A stretch of 64,000 nt of DNA from Spirochaetia bacterium (GCA_963677595.1 OY782041.1:3040001-3104000), one strand, 5' to 3'; shown: positions 19,749 to 30,637, counted from the stretch's first letter. The notes: generated from the sequence alone by a model not told the origin. A program made the numbers and translations.

Positions 19749-21045
19749 GGAACTGTGCATAAATAACATAAGCAATATTGATTTCTTTGTCTTCTCATGA
19801 TAGAATGGTGCATGCTCGATGAGATAACGATAAAACGCATACATACCATAGTTCCTCTACTAGATGAGAGTCAGAAACGTAAATATCTTGCAGCTGAGGC
19901 TGAGAGTATTGGTCGCGGAGGGATTACCCAGATCAGTAAAGCGCTTGGTGTTTCTCGTAATACCATTGCTGCCGGGATCAAGGAGATCAGGGAACCTGTT
20001 GATCCAAGATCTTCAACCAGGATTCGGAAGGAAGGTGGTGGCCGCAAGCCAATAGAAGAGACGCAACCTGGCATCACGAAGGCGTTAGAAGCCCTGGTTG
20101 CTGACAGCAGTTTCGGTAATCCGGAATCACCACTGCTGTGGACGACAAAAAGTCTAAGGAACCTGAGTGACGCCCTCGGTAAACAGGGCTTTCAGGTCTC
20201 GTTTTCCAAGGTCAGGCAGATGCTTTCCGACTTGGGCTACAGCATGCAGCTAAACCAGAAGATGCTGCAGGTCGGGAAGCCCCATCCTGACCGGGATGAG
20301 CAATTTCAGCATATCAACGAGATGGCTAAAGGATTCATAGCAGAAGGGTTACCAGTGATCTCTATTGATTGTAAAAAGAAAGAGCTGGTGGGTAATTTCA
20401 AGAATCAGGGTGCAGAGTATGCTAAATCAGGGAATCCGGTGAAAGTCCTTGATCACGACTTTCCGCTGCCTGATCTTGGGAAGGTTGCACCGTATGGGAT
20501 CTATGATATAGCGAAGAATGAAGGATTCATCAATCTTGGGGTCAGCTCAGACACGGCAAAGTTTGCGGTGAATTCTATCCGGGAATGGTGGGATGAGATG
20601 GGCAAAAGTCGGTACCCTTCAGCATCAAAGCTCTACATCACCGCAGACGGTGGTGGGAGTAACGGGAGCAGGAACAGACTCTGGAAGACCGAACTGCAGG
20701 AACTGGCGAATGAAACGGGATTGCAGATCTATGTCTCCCATTTCCCACCGGGAACTTCAAAGTGGAATAAGATCGAACATCGAATGTTTAGCTACATCTC
20801 AAAGAATTGGAGGGGAAGACCCCTTGAAACCCTCCTTGTCATAATCAGTCTGATTGAGTCAACAACGACCGAATCAGGATTGAAGATACAATGCGAATTG
20901 GATCAGAACATCTATGAGACAGGGATAAAGGTATCAGCTGAAGAACTTGAGAGGATCAATATTACGAGGAATGAATTTCATGGAGAATGGAATTACTGCA
21001 TTGCTCCATCAGAAACATTCGCATAGATTATTTATACACAGATCC
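19749..21045 (+). mobile_element. ISAzo13-family insertion sequence (1297 bp)
   Basis: Terminal inverted repeats GGAACTGTGCATAAATAA and (reverse complement) GGATCTGTGTATAAATAA, 16/18 identical. TTA duplication at 19746-19748 and 21046-21048. Confidence 0.92.
19797..21026 (+). CDS. ISAzo13 family DDE transposase
   Basis: GGGRK, HPDRDEQF, ISIDCKKKE, ADGGGSNG, PPGTSKWNKIEHR, FHGEWNY motifs. Confidence 0.93.
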   Translation: MIEWCMLDEITIKRIHTIVPLLDESQKRKYLAAEAESIGRGGITQISKALGVSRNTIAAGIKEIREPVDPRSSTRIRKEGGGRKPIEETQPGITKALEALVADSSFGNPESPLLWTTKSLRNLSDALGKQGFQVSFSKVRQMLSDLGYSMQLNQKMLQVGKPHPDRDEQFQHINEMAKGFIAEGLPVISIDCKKKELVGNFKNQGAEYAKSGNPVKVLDHDFPLPDLGKVAPYGIYDIAKNEGFINLGVSSDTAKFAVNSIREWWDEMGKSRYPSASKLYITADGGGSNGSRNRLWKTELQELANETGLQIYVSHFPPGTSKWNKIEHRMFSYISKNWRGRPLETLLVIISLIESTTTESGLKIQCELDQNIYETGIKVSAEELERINITRNEFHGEWNYCIAPSETFA

Positions 21046-21895
21046 TTAGTTGGGAGAATATTGAATTACGCTCTATCGAAAACACACCAGTAGAATTTCT
21101 TTCAGATCAGGAAGTTGACAGGATAAAAAGGTACATGCTCGAGTCAGGGGTCTCTGTATGTGCATTGAGCTCCACAATTGCTAATTGGAGCCATTCTATT
21201 CTTGAACCCTTTGTTGATACTCTACCAATAGTAGAGAGAACAATCCATGTTATGAAAGAACTGGAAATCCCTTATGTAAGAATCATGAGCTATGCTGTTG
21301 AGTTCAACGAGAAGGGTATGATTGCAGAAAATCAATTTGTCCATGAAAGGATTAGGCGGTTAAGGGAAATCTGTGATCGGTTTCTCCAGACAGGACTGAT
21401 CCCACTCCATGAGAACTGCAGTAATTATGGAGGGCTCAGTTTCCGGAAAACACTGGAATTGGTAGAAGCAATCGAAGGACTTCAACTGCTGTTTGATACT
21501 GGGAACCCTCCAGTCATGATAGATGGATCGAGTGAATATCCATACTCACGGCAGGACTCCTGGGAATTCTATCAAGCCGTAAAGGACCATATTGCATATG
21601 TGCATCTTAAAGATGCCTATTATGATCCTGTCGCAAAGAAGTCGGTATTCACCCTCCCCGGAATGGGGGAAGCCCAGGTCTCTCGGATCCTTTCGGACCT
21701 AAAGGCTTCTGCCTTTGCTGGAATGATCAGCATAGAACCCCATATAACAGCTGTATATCATAAGAGCTCTTCAAACCTTTCTACTACGGCGATGAAAGAC
21801 TCCTTTCATGAGTATGCTAATCAGGCAGAAACTATTCTCGAGACGCTATGCTAGATGCAAAAGAACAGGGCTTTAGAAATGGTTTCTTTATCTTC

Positions 21896-21941
21896 TTGCA
21901 ATATGGTTTTTTTATGCTTATAATATAACATCATATGTTAT
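21896..21941 (+). promoter_or_regulatory. nagA promoter with adjacent palindrome (possible ROK operator)
   Basis: TTGCAA-17 bp-TATAAT(21919); ATAACAT-cat-ATGTTAT at 21925-21941. Confidence 0.6.
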
Positions 21942-21992
21942 TAAATTAGATTTTGGCAGCGCCATTGAGTGTGGCTATTTAGGAGTGGATGT

Positions 21993-23186
21993 ATGCAAGT
22001 GAATTCAAGAATCAAATTGATGGGTGGGAATGTCATAACTCCGTACCGGCAATTAACTGCAGATATATACATCGAAGATGGAATCATACAATCGATACAG
22101 GGAATCCCTGCAGACTGGGAACCTAATTCATTTGAGGTAGTGGATGTACGCGGGAAAGTGGTTTTGCCCGGACTCATCGATCTGCATACGCATGGAGCTG
22201 GCGGAGCTGATTTTATGGATGCTACTGAGGATGCATTCTATACTGCAGGAAGAATACATCTGCATTATGGTACAACTACACTATTGCCAACGACCGTTAC
22301 CACGACCCTGGACTCTCTGCTGGATGTGATTTCCACATTTCGCGAACTTCCTCTCTTTCCGGATGCAGCTGATTTCTTCGGGCTGCATATAGAAGGTCCA
22401 TACTTTTCAGAAACTCAGAAAGGTGCACAGGATGGGACATTTATCCGGAACCCGGACAGCAGTGAATACATGAAAGTCTTGGAACATGCAGACTCCATTG
22501 CCAGGTGGTCCTTTGCCCCGGAAATTGAGGGGGGCTATGAATTTGCTGACGTTCTCCGGAAGCACCACATACTGGCTTCTGCTGCACATTCCGATGCTTC
22601 ATATGAGGAGATGATGGAGGCACTTGAGCATGGAGTGGATTTCCTGACCCATTTCTATTCCGGGATGTCCACCGTGACTAGAAAAAATGCATACCGGATT
22701 GCTGGGATGATCGAGAGCGGGTATCTGATGGATGATTTCAATCTAGAAGTTATTTCTGACGGGAGCCATCTGCCTGCGTCCCTGCTCAAGTTGATTGTAA
22801 AAGTGAAAGCAAAATCTTCTATCTGTTTGATCTCTGACTCTTTACGGGCTGCCGGATTGGGAGAGGGTGTATTTGCTATGGGCAAGAAAGAGTATGGAAG
22901 GAAGATTCTAGTAGAGGATCACGTCGCAAAATTGCCGGATCGCTCAGCTTTCGCTGGAAGCGTTACATTGGGAATAGATCTGGTAAGGAACATGATGAAC
23001 CTGTCCGGCATTTCCCTTGAGGAAGCCGTCCGTATGATGACCGTCAATCCTGCAAAGGTGCTCGGGATACAGAATCAGAAAGGCTCTATAGCTCCTGGGC
23101 TGCGTGCGGATATCGTGGTTGCTGATCCTGAGCTTTCGATTGATTCAGTCTTTAAGGCTGGTGAACTCGTCTATGCAAGATCTTAG
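21993..23186 (+). CDS. nagA: N-acetylglucosamine-6-phosphate deacetylase
   Basis: PGLIDLHTHG, LHIEGPY, AHS, THFYSGM, DGSH, ISDS, AGS motifs. Confidence 0.9.
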   Translation: MQVNSRIKLMGGNVITPYRQLTADIYIEDGIIQSIQGIPADWEPNSFEVVDVRGKVVLPGLIDLHTHGAGGADFMDATEDAFYTAGRIHLHYGTTTLLPTTVTTTLDSLLDVISTFRELPLFPDAADFFGLHIEGPYFSETQKGAQDGTFIRNPDSSEYMKVLEHADSIARWSFAPEIEGGYEFADVLRKHHILASAAHSDASYEEMMEALEHGVDFLTHFYSGMSTVTRKNAYRIAGMIESGYLMDDFNLEVISDGSHLPASLLKLIVKVKAKSSICLISDSLRAAGLGEGVFAMGKKEYGRKILVEDHVAKLPDRSAFAGSVTLGIDLVRNMMNLSGISLEEAVRMMTVNPAKVLGIQNQKGSIAPGLRADIVVADPELSIDSVFKAGELVYARS

Positions 23187-23268
23187 GTCCTGTCAATAAG
23201 TTTCAAGCTGTAAATATGCATGAGAATGTGTTATTGTAGTAAAAACGGCTGCATAAGGTAACTCGAAC

Positions 23269-24462
23269 ATGATAGAATTTATTGATAGGATTCATGATGG
23301 TTCACGATTCAGAGTCAAAGATAAAGAAAAGGCAATAGTCTACCAGAAGATCTGTCAGAACCCCGGAATAACAAGAAAACAAATCATTAAACAGTTGAAG
23401 TTGCGGCCGACAAGCGTCTCAAATATCGTAACTGAACTGATTGACCAGCATTTAGTGTATGATGGCAGCCTGCAGAATCATGGGAAGAAGGGGCGCCCTG
23501 AAGTCCATGTATATGCGAATTTTGACAAGTTCGTAGTCATTTCTCTCTATGTAGTGTCCAAGCAGGTAAAAGGGGTCCTGTTCAATATTAAGCAGGAAGT
23601 CCTGGCTGAGAGTGCGGTGCGGGTAGCTTGGGACGTATCAAATGATGATCTTATGAATATTATCTCAGATATCGTCGAAGCCTTGAAAAGCCATGTGCCT
23701 GCTCTATCAGAATTACTTGGGGTTGGTATCTCATTCTTAGGCAACGTCAACCATGTGACTAAAGAATTGAGATTTTCGACCCGTTGGAGAAATATTAGGA
23801 ATTTTTCATTTGAGAAGCTGGAAAAGCGCTTGGAACAGGAAGTTGTGGTCTATACTAGTCTCGAGGCCCAAATGGAATATATGCTTATTAACCAGCCCGA
23901 TTATCGTACAGGTGGGATACTTCTGTATCATTGGGGTTATGGTGTGGGTGCAAGTTTTGCTTGTGATGGAGCAATCCTACGTTCTGCTTCCGGTGGAATT
24001 ATGGAGATCGGACATACCATGTATGATCCGAACAGTGTTAAGGAATGTGTCTGTGGGCAAGTAGGCTGTCTGGAAACAGAGTGTGCCATTTGGGCTCTGA
24101 TAGATAAACTAGATGCCCCGCCTGCCCAGATCCCTGAGGAAGAAGATGCTTTCCAGATATATTTTCAGGAGCATAACCTAAAAACAAATGATGTTATTAA
24201 AAAAGCAGCGAAGGTAGCGGCATATGGGTTGAATACTCTGTATAAGGTACTTTTTCCCAGTCATATTATCATAGAAAGTTCCTTTCTAGCAGATGAAGAG
24301 CTATATGCTTACTTTTTAGATGAATTTCGATCACGAGTCCCGACATATATTGCTGAAGATATTCAGATTGACAGGTTGGAGACAGGCTATCGCGGTGAAA
24401 TATTTGGTTGCACGTATAGCCTTTTTGTAAAAAGATTTATTAAAGAATTGACCGCCTTTTAA
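23269..24462 (+). CDS. ROK family transcriptional regulator (NagC/XylR-like)
   Basis: N-terminal HTH, GRP hinge, EIGH...CVCGQVGCLE zinc motif. Confidence 0.9.
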   Translation: MIEFIDRIHDGSRFRVKDKEKAIVYQKICQNPGITRKQIIKQLKLRPTSVSNIVTELIDQHLVYDGSLQNHGKKGRPEVHVYANFDKFVVISLYVVSKQVKGVLFNIKQEVLAESAVRVAWDVSNDDLMNIISDIVEALKSHVPALSELLGVGISFLGNVNHVTKELRFSTRWRNIRNFSFEKLEKRLEQEVVVYTSLEAQMEYMLINQPDYRTGGILLYHWGYGVGASFACDGAILRSASGGIMEIGHTMYDPNSVKECVCGQVGCLETECAIWALIDKLDAPPAQIPEEEDAFQIYFQEHNLKTNDVIKKAAKVAAYGLNTLYKVLFPSHIIIESSFLADEELYAYFLDEFRSRVPTYIAEDIQIDRLETGYRGEIFGCTYSLFVKRFIKELTAF

Positions 24463-24483
24463 TAGAGGATCTAAAAAATCTTC

Positions 24484-24513
24484 TTGACGGGAGTAAAATC
24501 GTACATATATAAT
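24484..24513 (+). promoter_or_regulatory. Sigma70-like promoter of the second ABC operon
   Basis: TTGACG-18 bp-TATAAT, overlapped by an ATAACAT half-site like the one at nagA. Confidence 0.55.
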
Positions 24514-24555
24514 AACATAGTGCAATATTAAATAAACGCATAAAGGAGGTTCACT

Positions 24556-25863
24556 ATGCGTAAAGTAATGGCCGTAGCAATTATTCTTGTTCTTGCAGCA
24601 ACGATGAGCTTGTCTGCTGGAGGTACCCAGGAAGAGGCCAAAGCTGTTGAGTTGTCAGTTTGGTCGGGATATCCGGAAATGGAAGCATTTTATAGGCATG
24701 TAGCAGATGAGTTCATTAAGATGAATCCGAATGTGACTATTGATGTTGTTACCCATCCCCTCAGGGAGTTCGAGCAGAAGCTGTCAGCTACCATCCCATC
24801 AGATACATCTGCTGATATCATCGATGTTTCGGTCTATGCTAACCAGAAATTCATAGAAGCCGGATATATCCCGGAGAATCCTTCAAATGTTGATGAATTT
24901 GTCAATGCTCCCGGAAGATACAGTGAATTTGCCAAGAACAGCAACACCTATCAGGGAACGCAGTATGGTGTTCCCAATTTCCAGGGAAGAACGGCTCTGT
25001 TCTGGAATAAGGATATGTTTGAAGAAGCTGGGCTGCCAGGACCGCCGACTACATTCGACCAGATGTTTGAGTATGCTTCCAAACTAGCAAAATATGATGC
25101 TGCCGGAAATCTGGTACGGTCAGGTCACAGCCTGCGGCTCTCAGGCCAGGGGTCAGGTGTAGCCGAGAAATTCTGGTTTGTTCTCTACCCAATGGGTGGA
25201 ACTATCATTGAAGAAGGTAAGGAAGACGGAAAATATCATAACGGGTATAATAATGAAGCCGGATTCAATGCGCTTAAGTACTATATTGATGCACTCTATA
25301 CTGCAGGATGGGACAGTCACAAGATTAAGCATGATGCTGAAGCCTTCGAGTTGGAGCAGACTGCAATGTTCTTCAGAGAGTCCTGGGTGATTGGTGATGC
25401 TGCTCAGAAAGCACCAAACCTCAATTATGGGACAGCAGTAGTGCCTTCTGCAGAGAGATGGGGAAGAATCACCAATATTCAGAACCTGTATGTAACCCGA
25501 TCTGCTGAAGATCCCGATCTTGCCTGGGAATATGTACTTTTCTGTATGACAGAAGAAAATCAGCAGTGGCTGCTCGATAATATCGGCTGGCTCCCTGCCC
25601 GACAGGATATCGACTTAAGTGCTAGCGTTGCAAAGAATCCCCAGATTGGTGCTTTCCTGGAATCTCCTGACGGGTATGGGGAGTTCGGATATATCCCTAT
25701 CGCAAGCTTTGATGAGATCTCTACGAAATTTGCCGAACGGCTCGTTGCAGCATTCCTCAATGAAGGCTTAGCAGGTAACGATGCAGCAATATGGAAAGTG
25801 TTACAGGATTCAGCCGCAGAAACAGATACGATCCTGAAAAAAGATGGACTGTACAGCGAATAG
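24556..25863 (+). CDS. Sugar ABC transporter substrate-binding protein
   Basis: AAGGAGG RBS, signal peptide ...SAGGTQE, LFWNKDMFEEAGL. Confidence 0.9.
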   Translation: MRKVMAVAIILVLAATMSLSAGGTQEEAKAVELSVWSGYPEMEAFYRHVADEFIKMNPNVTIDVVTHPLREFEQKLSATIPSDTSADIIDVSVYANQKFIEAGYIPENPSNVDEFVNAPGRYSEFAKNSNTYQGTQYGVPNFQGRTALFWNKDMFEEAGLPGPPTTFDQMFEYASKLAKYDAAGNLVRSGHSLRLSGQGSGVAEKFWFVLYPMGGTIIEEGKEDGKYHNGYNNEAGFNALKYYIDALYTAGWDSHKIKHDAEAFELEQTAMFFRESWVIGDAAQKAPNLNYGTAVVPSAERWGRITNIQNLYVTRSAEDPDLAWEYVLFCMTEENQQWLLDNIGWLPARQDIDLSASVAKNPQIGAFLESPDGYGEFGYIPIASFDEISTKFAERLVAAFLNEGLAGNDAAIWKVLQDSAAETDTILKKDGLYSE

Positions 25864-25897
25864 GTAATTCCCTTCTAAAAATGCACATCTTGTAGAT

Positions 25898-25927
25898 ATA
25901 TGGAGGAGGAGCATCTCCTCCTCCATA
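25898..25927 (+). terminator. Intercistronic stem-loop (stabiliser or attenuator) after the substrate-binding protein gene
   Basis: TATGGAGGAGGAG-cat-CTCCTCCTCCATA perfect stem with no U tract. Confidence 0.55.
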
Positions 25928-25955
25928 CACATCGTAATTAGTAAAAGGATTAAAT

Positions 25956-26921
25956 ATGGGACCACGGTTAGAAGCAGCTCAAACAGATTCGTTTAAACTG
26001 ATCCATAAAATTAAAAACATTAACCAGACGACCAGACAAAAATACCTATTTGTCTACTTATCATTATTGCCGATAATTGTGGTCTATTCGTTTCTTCGGA
26101 TTATTCCCATTCTCGAGAATTTCCTGTACAGCCTCTTTGTCTCAGGTGTCGGAAAGCCGATGAAAGAGTTTGCTGGCTTGCGGAATTATATCGATCTGTT
26201 CCAGGATGAACTGTTTGTCATATCATTACGCAATACAACGTACTTTGCGGTGTTTGTTACAGTTTTCAGTGTGGTGATCGCAGTGCTTGTGGCATTGAAG
26301 CTTTCACATATCATGCGGTTCGGCGGGCTGTTCGAGACATTGTACTTCTTGCCGGTAATCACACCAATGGTCCCTGTGGCTGTTGTCTGGAAATGGATAT
26401 ATGATCCAACATACGGTTTATTGAATTATGTATTATCGTGGTTTAATATCGGGCCGATAGCGTGGCTGGTCTATCCGAACACAGCGATGATCGCCATCAT
26501 CATTATGAGTGTGTGGAAATTGATCGGGTACAATATGATCATTTTCTTAGTAGGTATCAGAGATATCTCGATATCCTACATAGAGGCAGCTGAAATAGAC
26601 GGTGCCAGTAAATTCCAGGTGTTTAAATATATAACACTTCCTCTCTTGAGGCCGATTATGCTCTTTGTTGTGGTTATCTCAACAATCAACTCATATAATG
26701 TGTTTACTCAAGTCTTTATCATGACTGCAGGTCCTCAGGGGGCTCCGGGGAATGCTGTCAGGACTCTGGTCTTTGATATATACGAAAACGCATTCAGATA
26801 CTTTAAGACTGGCTATGCAGCCTCAGAAGCTGTTGTACTGTTCTTAATTATTCTATTTCTTACTTTTATACAATTTGGCATTGCAGGCAGAGAAAAGAAT
26901 CAGAAGAGGAGAAGTGAATAA
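25956..26921 (+). CDS. Sugar ABC transporter permease
   Basis: YIEAAEIDGAS EAA motif; transmembrane helices. Confidence 0.9.
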   Translation: MGPRLEAAQTDSFKLIHKIKNINQTTRQKYLFVYLSLLPIIVVYSFLRIIPILENFLYSLFVSGVGKPMKEFAGLRNYIDLFQDELFVISLRNTTYFAVFVTVFSVVIAVLVALKLSHIMRFGGLFETLYFLPVITPMVPVAVVWKWIYDPTYGLLNYVLSWFNIGPIAWLVYPNTAMIAIIIMSVWKLIGYNMIIFLVGIRDISISYIEAAEIDGASKFQVFKYITLPLLRPIMLFVVVISTINSYNVFTQVFIMTAGPQGAPGNAVRTLVFDIYENAFRYFKTGYAASEAVVLFLIILFLTFIQFGIAGREKNQKRRSE

Positions 26922-26923
26922 TT

Positions 26924-27757
26924 ATGAAAGTACAGAAATTTTCCGTAGGCAATTTGTTAGGGATGATCTTCCTGGTTTTTGGTGCTTTGATCATGGTACT
27001 CCCCTTTATCTGGATGTTCTCCACATCTTTGAAACCGCCAAGTGAGGTGTTGTCATGGCCTCCGCAATTGATCCCAACATCACCGACGACCAAGAATTAT
27101 GTTACTGTGTTTGAGACGGCACCGTTCTTACGGTTCTTCATGAACAGCGTCATGATGGCCTCTGTATCAACCGTGAGTATCTTGCTTACCTCTACGCTTG
27201 CAGGCTATGTCTTTGGCAAGTTCGATTTTCCCTTCAAGAATTTTTTCTTCATTCTGATCCTTGCGACTGCCATGGTGCCATTTGAGACGTATATGGTTCC
27301 CCTGTATTTGAGGATGGTCGACTTCCACTGGGTCAATAAGTTCATAGGTCTGGTTGCCCCGTATCTGGTCATGAGTTATGGGATCTTCTTTATGAGGCAG
27401 AATGTTATTGCGACAATCCCAGATGAACTGTTAGATGCCTCCAGAATCGATGGGGTATCCGAATTCGGGATCTTCTGGCGAATAGTGCTTCCACTGATGT
27501 CAGGGTCTGCAGGGGCTCTCTCTATCTTCTCTTTCATGCAGACTTGGGCAGCTTTCATCTGGCCTCTCATCATTACAAGCAGTAGAGACTTATGGACCAT
27601 GGAACTTGGTCTTGGAATGTTCCAATACCGGTTTACTGTCGATTTAGGACCTATTAATGCTGGATCCATGATCTCAATTTTGCCGGTATTAATCGTGTTC
27701 CTGTTTATGAGAAGAAAGATCATGAGTAGTATGACTCTATCCGGTCTGAAGGGGTAG
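26924..27757 (+). CDS. Sugar ABC transporter permease
   Basis: ELLDASRIDGVS; C-terminal SGLKG. Confidence 0.9.
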   Translation: MKVQKFSVGNLLGMIFLVFGALIMVLPFIWMFSTSLKPPSEVLSWPPQLIPTSPTTKNYVTVFETAPFLRFFMNSVMMASVSTVSILLTSTLAGYVFGKFDFPFKNFFFILILATAMVPFETYMVPLYLRMVDFHWVNKFIGLVAPYLVMSYGIFFMRQNVIATIPDELLDASRIDGVSEFGIFWRIVLPLMSGSAGALSIFSFMQTWAAFIWPLIITSSRDLWTMELGLGMFQYRFTVDLGPINAGSMISILPVLIVFLFMRRKIMSSMTLSGLKG

Positions 27758-27922
27758 AGGGAGAAAGGTTCCTCACAATAGAGTACTCTGCAACAAAGCT
27801 AGACCTTGATACTGCGGATGTACGTTTGTTGTCGAGAGCAAAGTGATATCAGGAATACGCTTGTGAATACTGACTGGATGAGAAAGTTATCCTACGTATG
27901 ATCAGCTGAAAAAGGTAGATAC

Positions 27923-30637
27923 ATGAATAGCATAAATCAGAATGTAGACTTGTTTTCCACTTCCAGAATCTTACACGAAATACGTCAGAATGTAGTTCCT
28001 GTTATGGAAACGGTCCTGAATAGGGCAGGGAAGGCTGGGTGCTGGATTGATATGAAGATCGACCCGGTCGATGGTTCAGATCGGCATCTTTCCTCCTGGT
28101 ACGATACTGAGAATATCTATGGCTGGATCCAGGGAAGAGGATTGGAGACGTTCACAACTTACTTGAGGTGGCTTGATACACTCCATGGCTATAGTTTCCT
28201 TGATCGGCAGTCCATCCTTCGTATGGGAGACAATCTCTATCAAGAACTCTTAAGGCTGTTAAGGGACCGAGGCCATATTCCTTTTCTTTTTGCAGACACT
28301 GTGGGATATCCGGAGGTTGCAGCTCATGGGATACCGTACGCCGGTTCCTTTTGCGATATGTTTGCAGCAAGGGGACTGCTGGAATATGCAGGGTACCGGG
28401 GATACTTTTCTGACATCCCGTTTCTTGTGGACAGACTGAGAGTTCTCACTGACCTGCACATCAAGGGGGAAGCCTTCAACGATCAGATCTCGTTTGAGAC
28501 AGGGCTCCCTACTGCAGTGAGTACCGAGAGTTTTGGGATTGAAGGCCCTATGCTCGCAATTGGGGCAGCAGAGATTCTCTTCGAGGCAACAGGTGAACAA
28601 TGTGATCTTGAAAGGGGATTCAACGCAATCCATAGGATCATGGTCAGCCATACACATGAGGTGCCCGGCAGTGGGTTGATGATTGTCGACCGGATAGACA
28701 GGGAAGGTCGGCCAGTTAAGACTGATGGTGTTCTGCTGAATAATCCAGGGCATACCCTTGAGATTATCGGGATGGGGTTACAGTTCCTTAGGAAGGTCCC
28801 TGAAAATGCCTGTAGCAGTAATCAGGTGGATCTCATCAACCAGTGGAAGAGGACCTTCAAGGATTTGGCTGATGTGCATCTTGGTATCGGATTGTCGGAG
28901 ATAGGTACCGTCTATCTGTCTGTACGTGCACATGACGGGATACCCGTCAAGACAGCATCACCATGGTGGTCTAGCTTCGAAGCGGTACGGACCGCCTGTG
29001 AGCTGTTATATATTTCTGAGACAGACTCTGAGCGTGAAAAGAGATTCTCTTTGGTGACCAATTTCATGCAAACGATACAGAAGATCTACCTTGAGCGATC
29101 AGAGACTGGTGTCCCAATCCAGACGGTTGATGAGAAAGGCGAGATACTGAACTTGATTCCAGCGACACCCGATATAGACCCTGGTTATCATACAGGGATA
29201 CCCCTGTTTGATGCATATGAGATCCTTTCCGAGTATGCCGGGTTTATGGCCGGCTTAGGTGAAGTTCGGATACCTTTGAAATTGGGGAGGAAGCTGCAGG
29301 GGCATGTCTCCAGGGTAAAACCAGCGGACGCGGTATTGGACCCCTTGTATGCCCGGGTCTGTGTGTTGGAAACTGCCTTTTCTCGGCTGGTCGTAATCGT
29401 GTGTGACCTTATAGAGTTCGGACCGGATTGGAGCAGCAACATATATCATGCGATTGAGGAACGATACGGTATCCCTTATGAACACATCATCCTTGCATCA
29501 ACCCATACGCATACAGGGCCATGTGTTATTAAGCTTGGGAACGACAGGCCAGAGGACGAGCTTCTTGAAAGGGTAATCGACAGCATCCATCAAGCATGTG
29601 CAGCTAGTCTTAACGCGATGGAACCTGTAATGATCTCTAGTTATCAGGATCGCGTTCATGGCCTTGGGATCAACCGACGCGTTGTTGATACTGAAACTCG
29701 CAGCTCACGTATGAAGCCAAATCCATCAGGACCAATTGATGACAGCGTCCTCACAATCTGCCTTCGTGATGCGGAAGAGCGAGTAAAAGGATTGCTTGTC
29801 AACGTAGCCATACACCCGACGACACTAGGGATTGGTATCTCCCAGTATTCGGCAGATTATCCGGGAAGGCTCGTTTACTCCCTGCAACAGAAATATCGTA
29901 ATGCAGTAGTGCTTGTTCTTCAGGGAGCGTGCGGCGATGTCAGGCCAGCCTTACTGAATACTGACAGGACAGGTTTCGTGGACGGCGAGGTAAAAGACAT
30001 TGAGTATATCGGGACTTCGATCGCATCTAGCATCATTTCCCAGGTGGATAGCGGATTGACTGAATCCTGTGTTCTGGGTACTGACCTGTTCATGACAAAG
30101 AGAATCGTGACACTCCCAATCGCTCCCCTCGATAACGTTTCGTTGAAAGCGGTCATAGAGAAATTGAAAACCAGTCTGGACAAGCCGGCAGTAAGTGAGC
30201 TTGCAGATGATGAGTTCCAGGCATCACATGACAATGAAGCATTGTTGGCTGAGATTGAATTGCGATGGGCAGAGAATATGCTTAGCTATCATGCAGAGCA
30301 CCCGGCTCCAACTGGTATAGAAGCGGAATTCGGACTTGCCGTAATAGGTGACCAGATTGTGATCATCTCTGTCCCAGGTGAAATCTTCAGCCAAATCGGG
30401 ATTCACGCCAAGCAGCTGGTCCAAGACAAGTCAGTACTTTTCTGCGGGTATTGTGGAAGCTCGGTAGGGTATATCCCCACAGCTGAAGCTTTACGGGAAG
30501 GTGGGTATGAGGTTGATTCTGCATATCGCCTTTATGGTTTTGCGGGACCTTTTACCAGTGATACGGAACCCCTGATCTACTCCACCATTAGAGAATTATT
30601 GGAGAACTATAATGAAAGAACGTCGGTTCCAACATAA
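27923..30637 (+). CDS. Fusion of an AGE-epimerase-like (alpha/alpha)6 domain and a neutral-ceramidase-like amidohydrolase
   Basis: N-half WIQGR, NPGHTLE, PWW...EA, DPGYH (N-acylglucosamine 2-epimerase-like). C-half DPLYARV, STHTHTGP, GINRR, HPT, SADYPG, QGACGD, GYIPT, GGYE. Confidence 0.7.
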   Translation: MNSINQNVDLFSTSRILHEIRQNVVPVMETVLNRAGKAGCWIDMKIDPVDGSDRHLSSWYDTENIYGWIQGRGLETFTTYLRWLDTLHGYSFLDRQSILRMGDNLYQELLRLLRDRGHIPFLFADTVGYPEVAAHGIPYAGSFCDMFAARGLLEYAGYRGYFSDIPFLVDRLRVLTDLHIKGEAFNDQISFETGLPTAVSTESFGIEGPMLAIGAAEILFEATGEQCDLERGFNAIHRIMVSHTHEVPGSGLMIVDRIDREGRPVKTDGVLLNNPGHTLEIIGMGLQFLRKVPENACSSNQVDLINQWKRTFKDLADVHLGIGLSEIGTVYLSVRAHDGIPVKTASPWWSSFEAVRTACELLYISETDSEREKRFSLVTNFMQTIQKIYLERSETGVPIQTVDEKGEILNLIPATPDIDPGYHTGIPLFDAYEILSEYAGFMAGLGEVRIPLKLGRKLQGHVSRVKPADAVLDPLYARVCVLETAFSRLVVIVCDLIEFGPDWSSNIYHAIEERYGIPYEHIILASTHTHTGPCVIKLGNDRPEDELLERVIDSIHQACAASLNAMEPVMISSYQDRVHGLGINRRVVDTETRSSRMKPNPSGPIDDSVLTICLRDAEERVKGLLVNVAIHPTTLGIGISQYSADYPGRLVYSLQQKYRNAVVLVLQGACGDVRPALLNTDRTGFVDGEVKDIEYIGTSIASSIISQVDSGLTESCVLGTDLFMTKRIVTLPIAPLDNVSLKAVIEKLKTSLDKPAVSELADDEFQASHDNEALLAEIELRWAENMLSYHAEHPAPTGIEAEFGLAVIGDQIVIISVPGEIFSQIGIHAKQLVQDKSVLFCGYCGSSVGYIPTAEALREGGYEVDSAYRLYGFAGPFTSDTEPLIYSTIRELLENYNERTSVPT

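Larger units (their letters stand above)
19676..21854 (+). pseudogene. Sugar-phosphate isomerase/epimerase (xylose-isomerase-like TIM barrel) interrupted by an IS
   Basis: Removing 19749-21048 restores MILTGIMDEYSPEIEDQFREAVVLSWENIELRS...MLESGV in frame with the 21135-21854 ORF (HEN, LFDTGN, HLKD, SIEPH). Confidence 0.88.
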
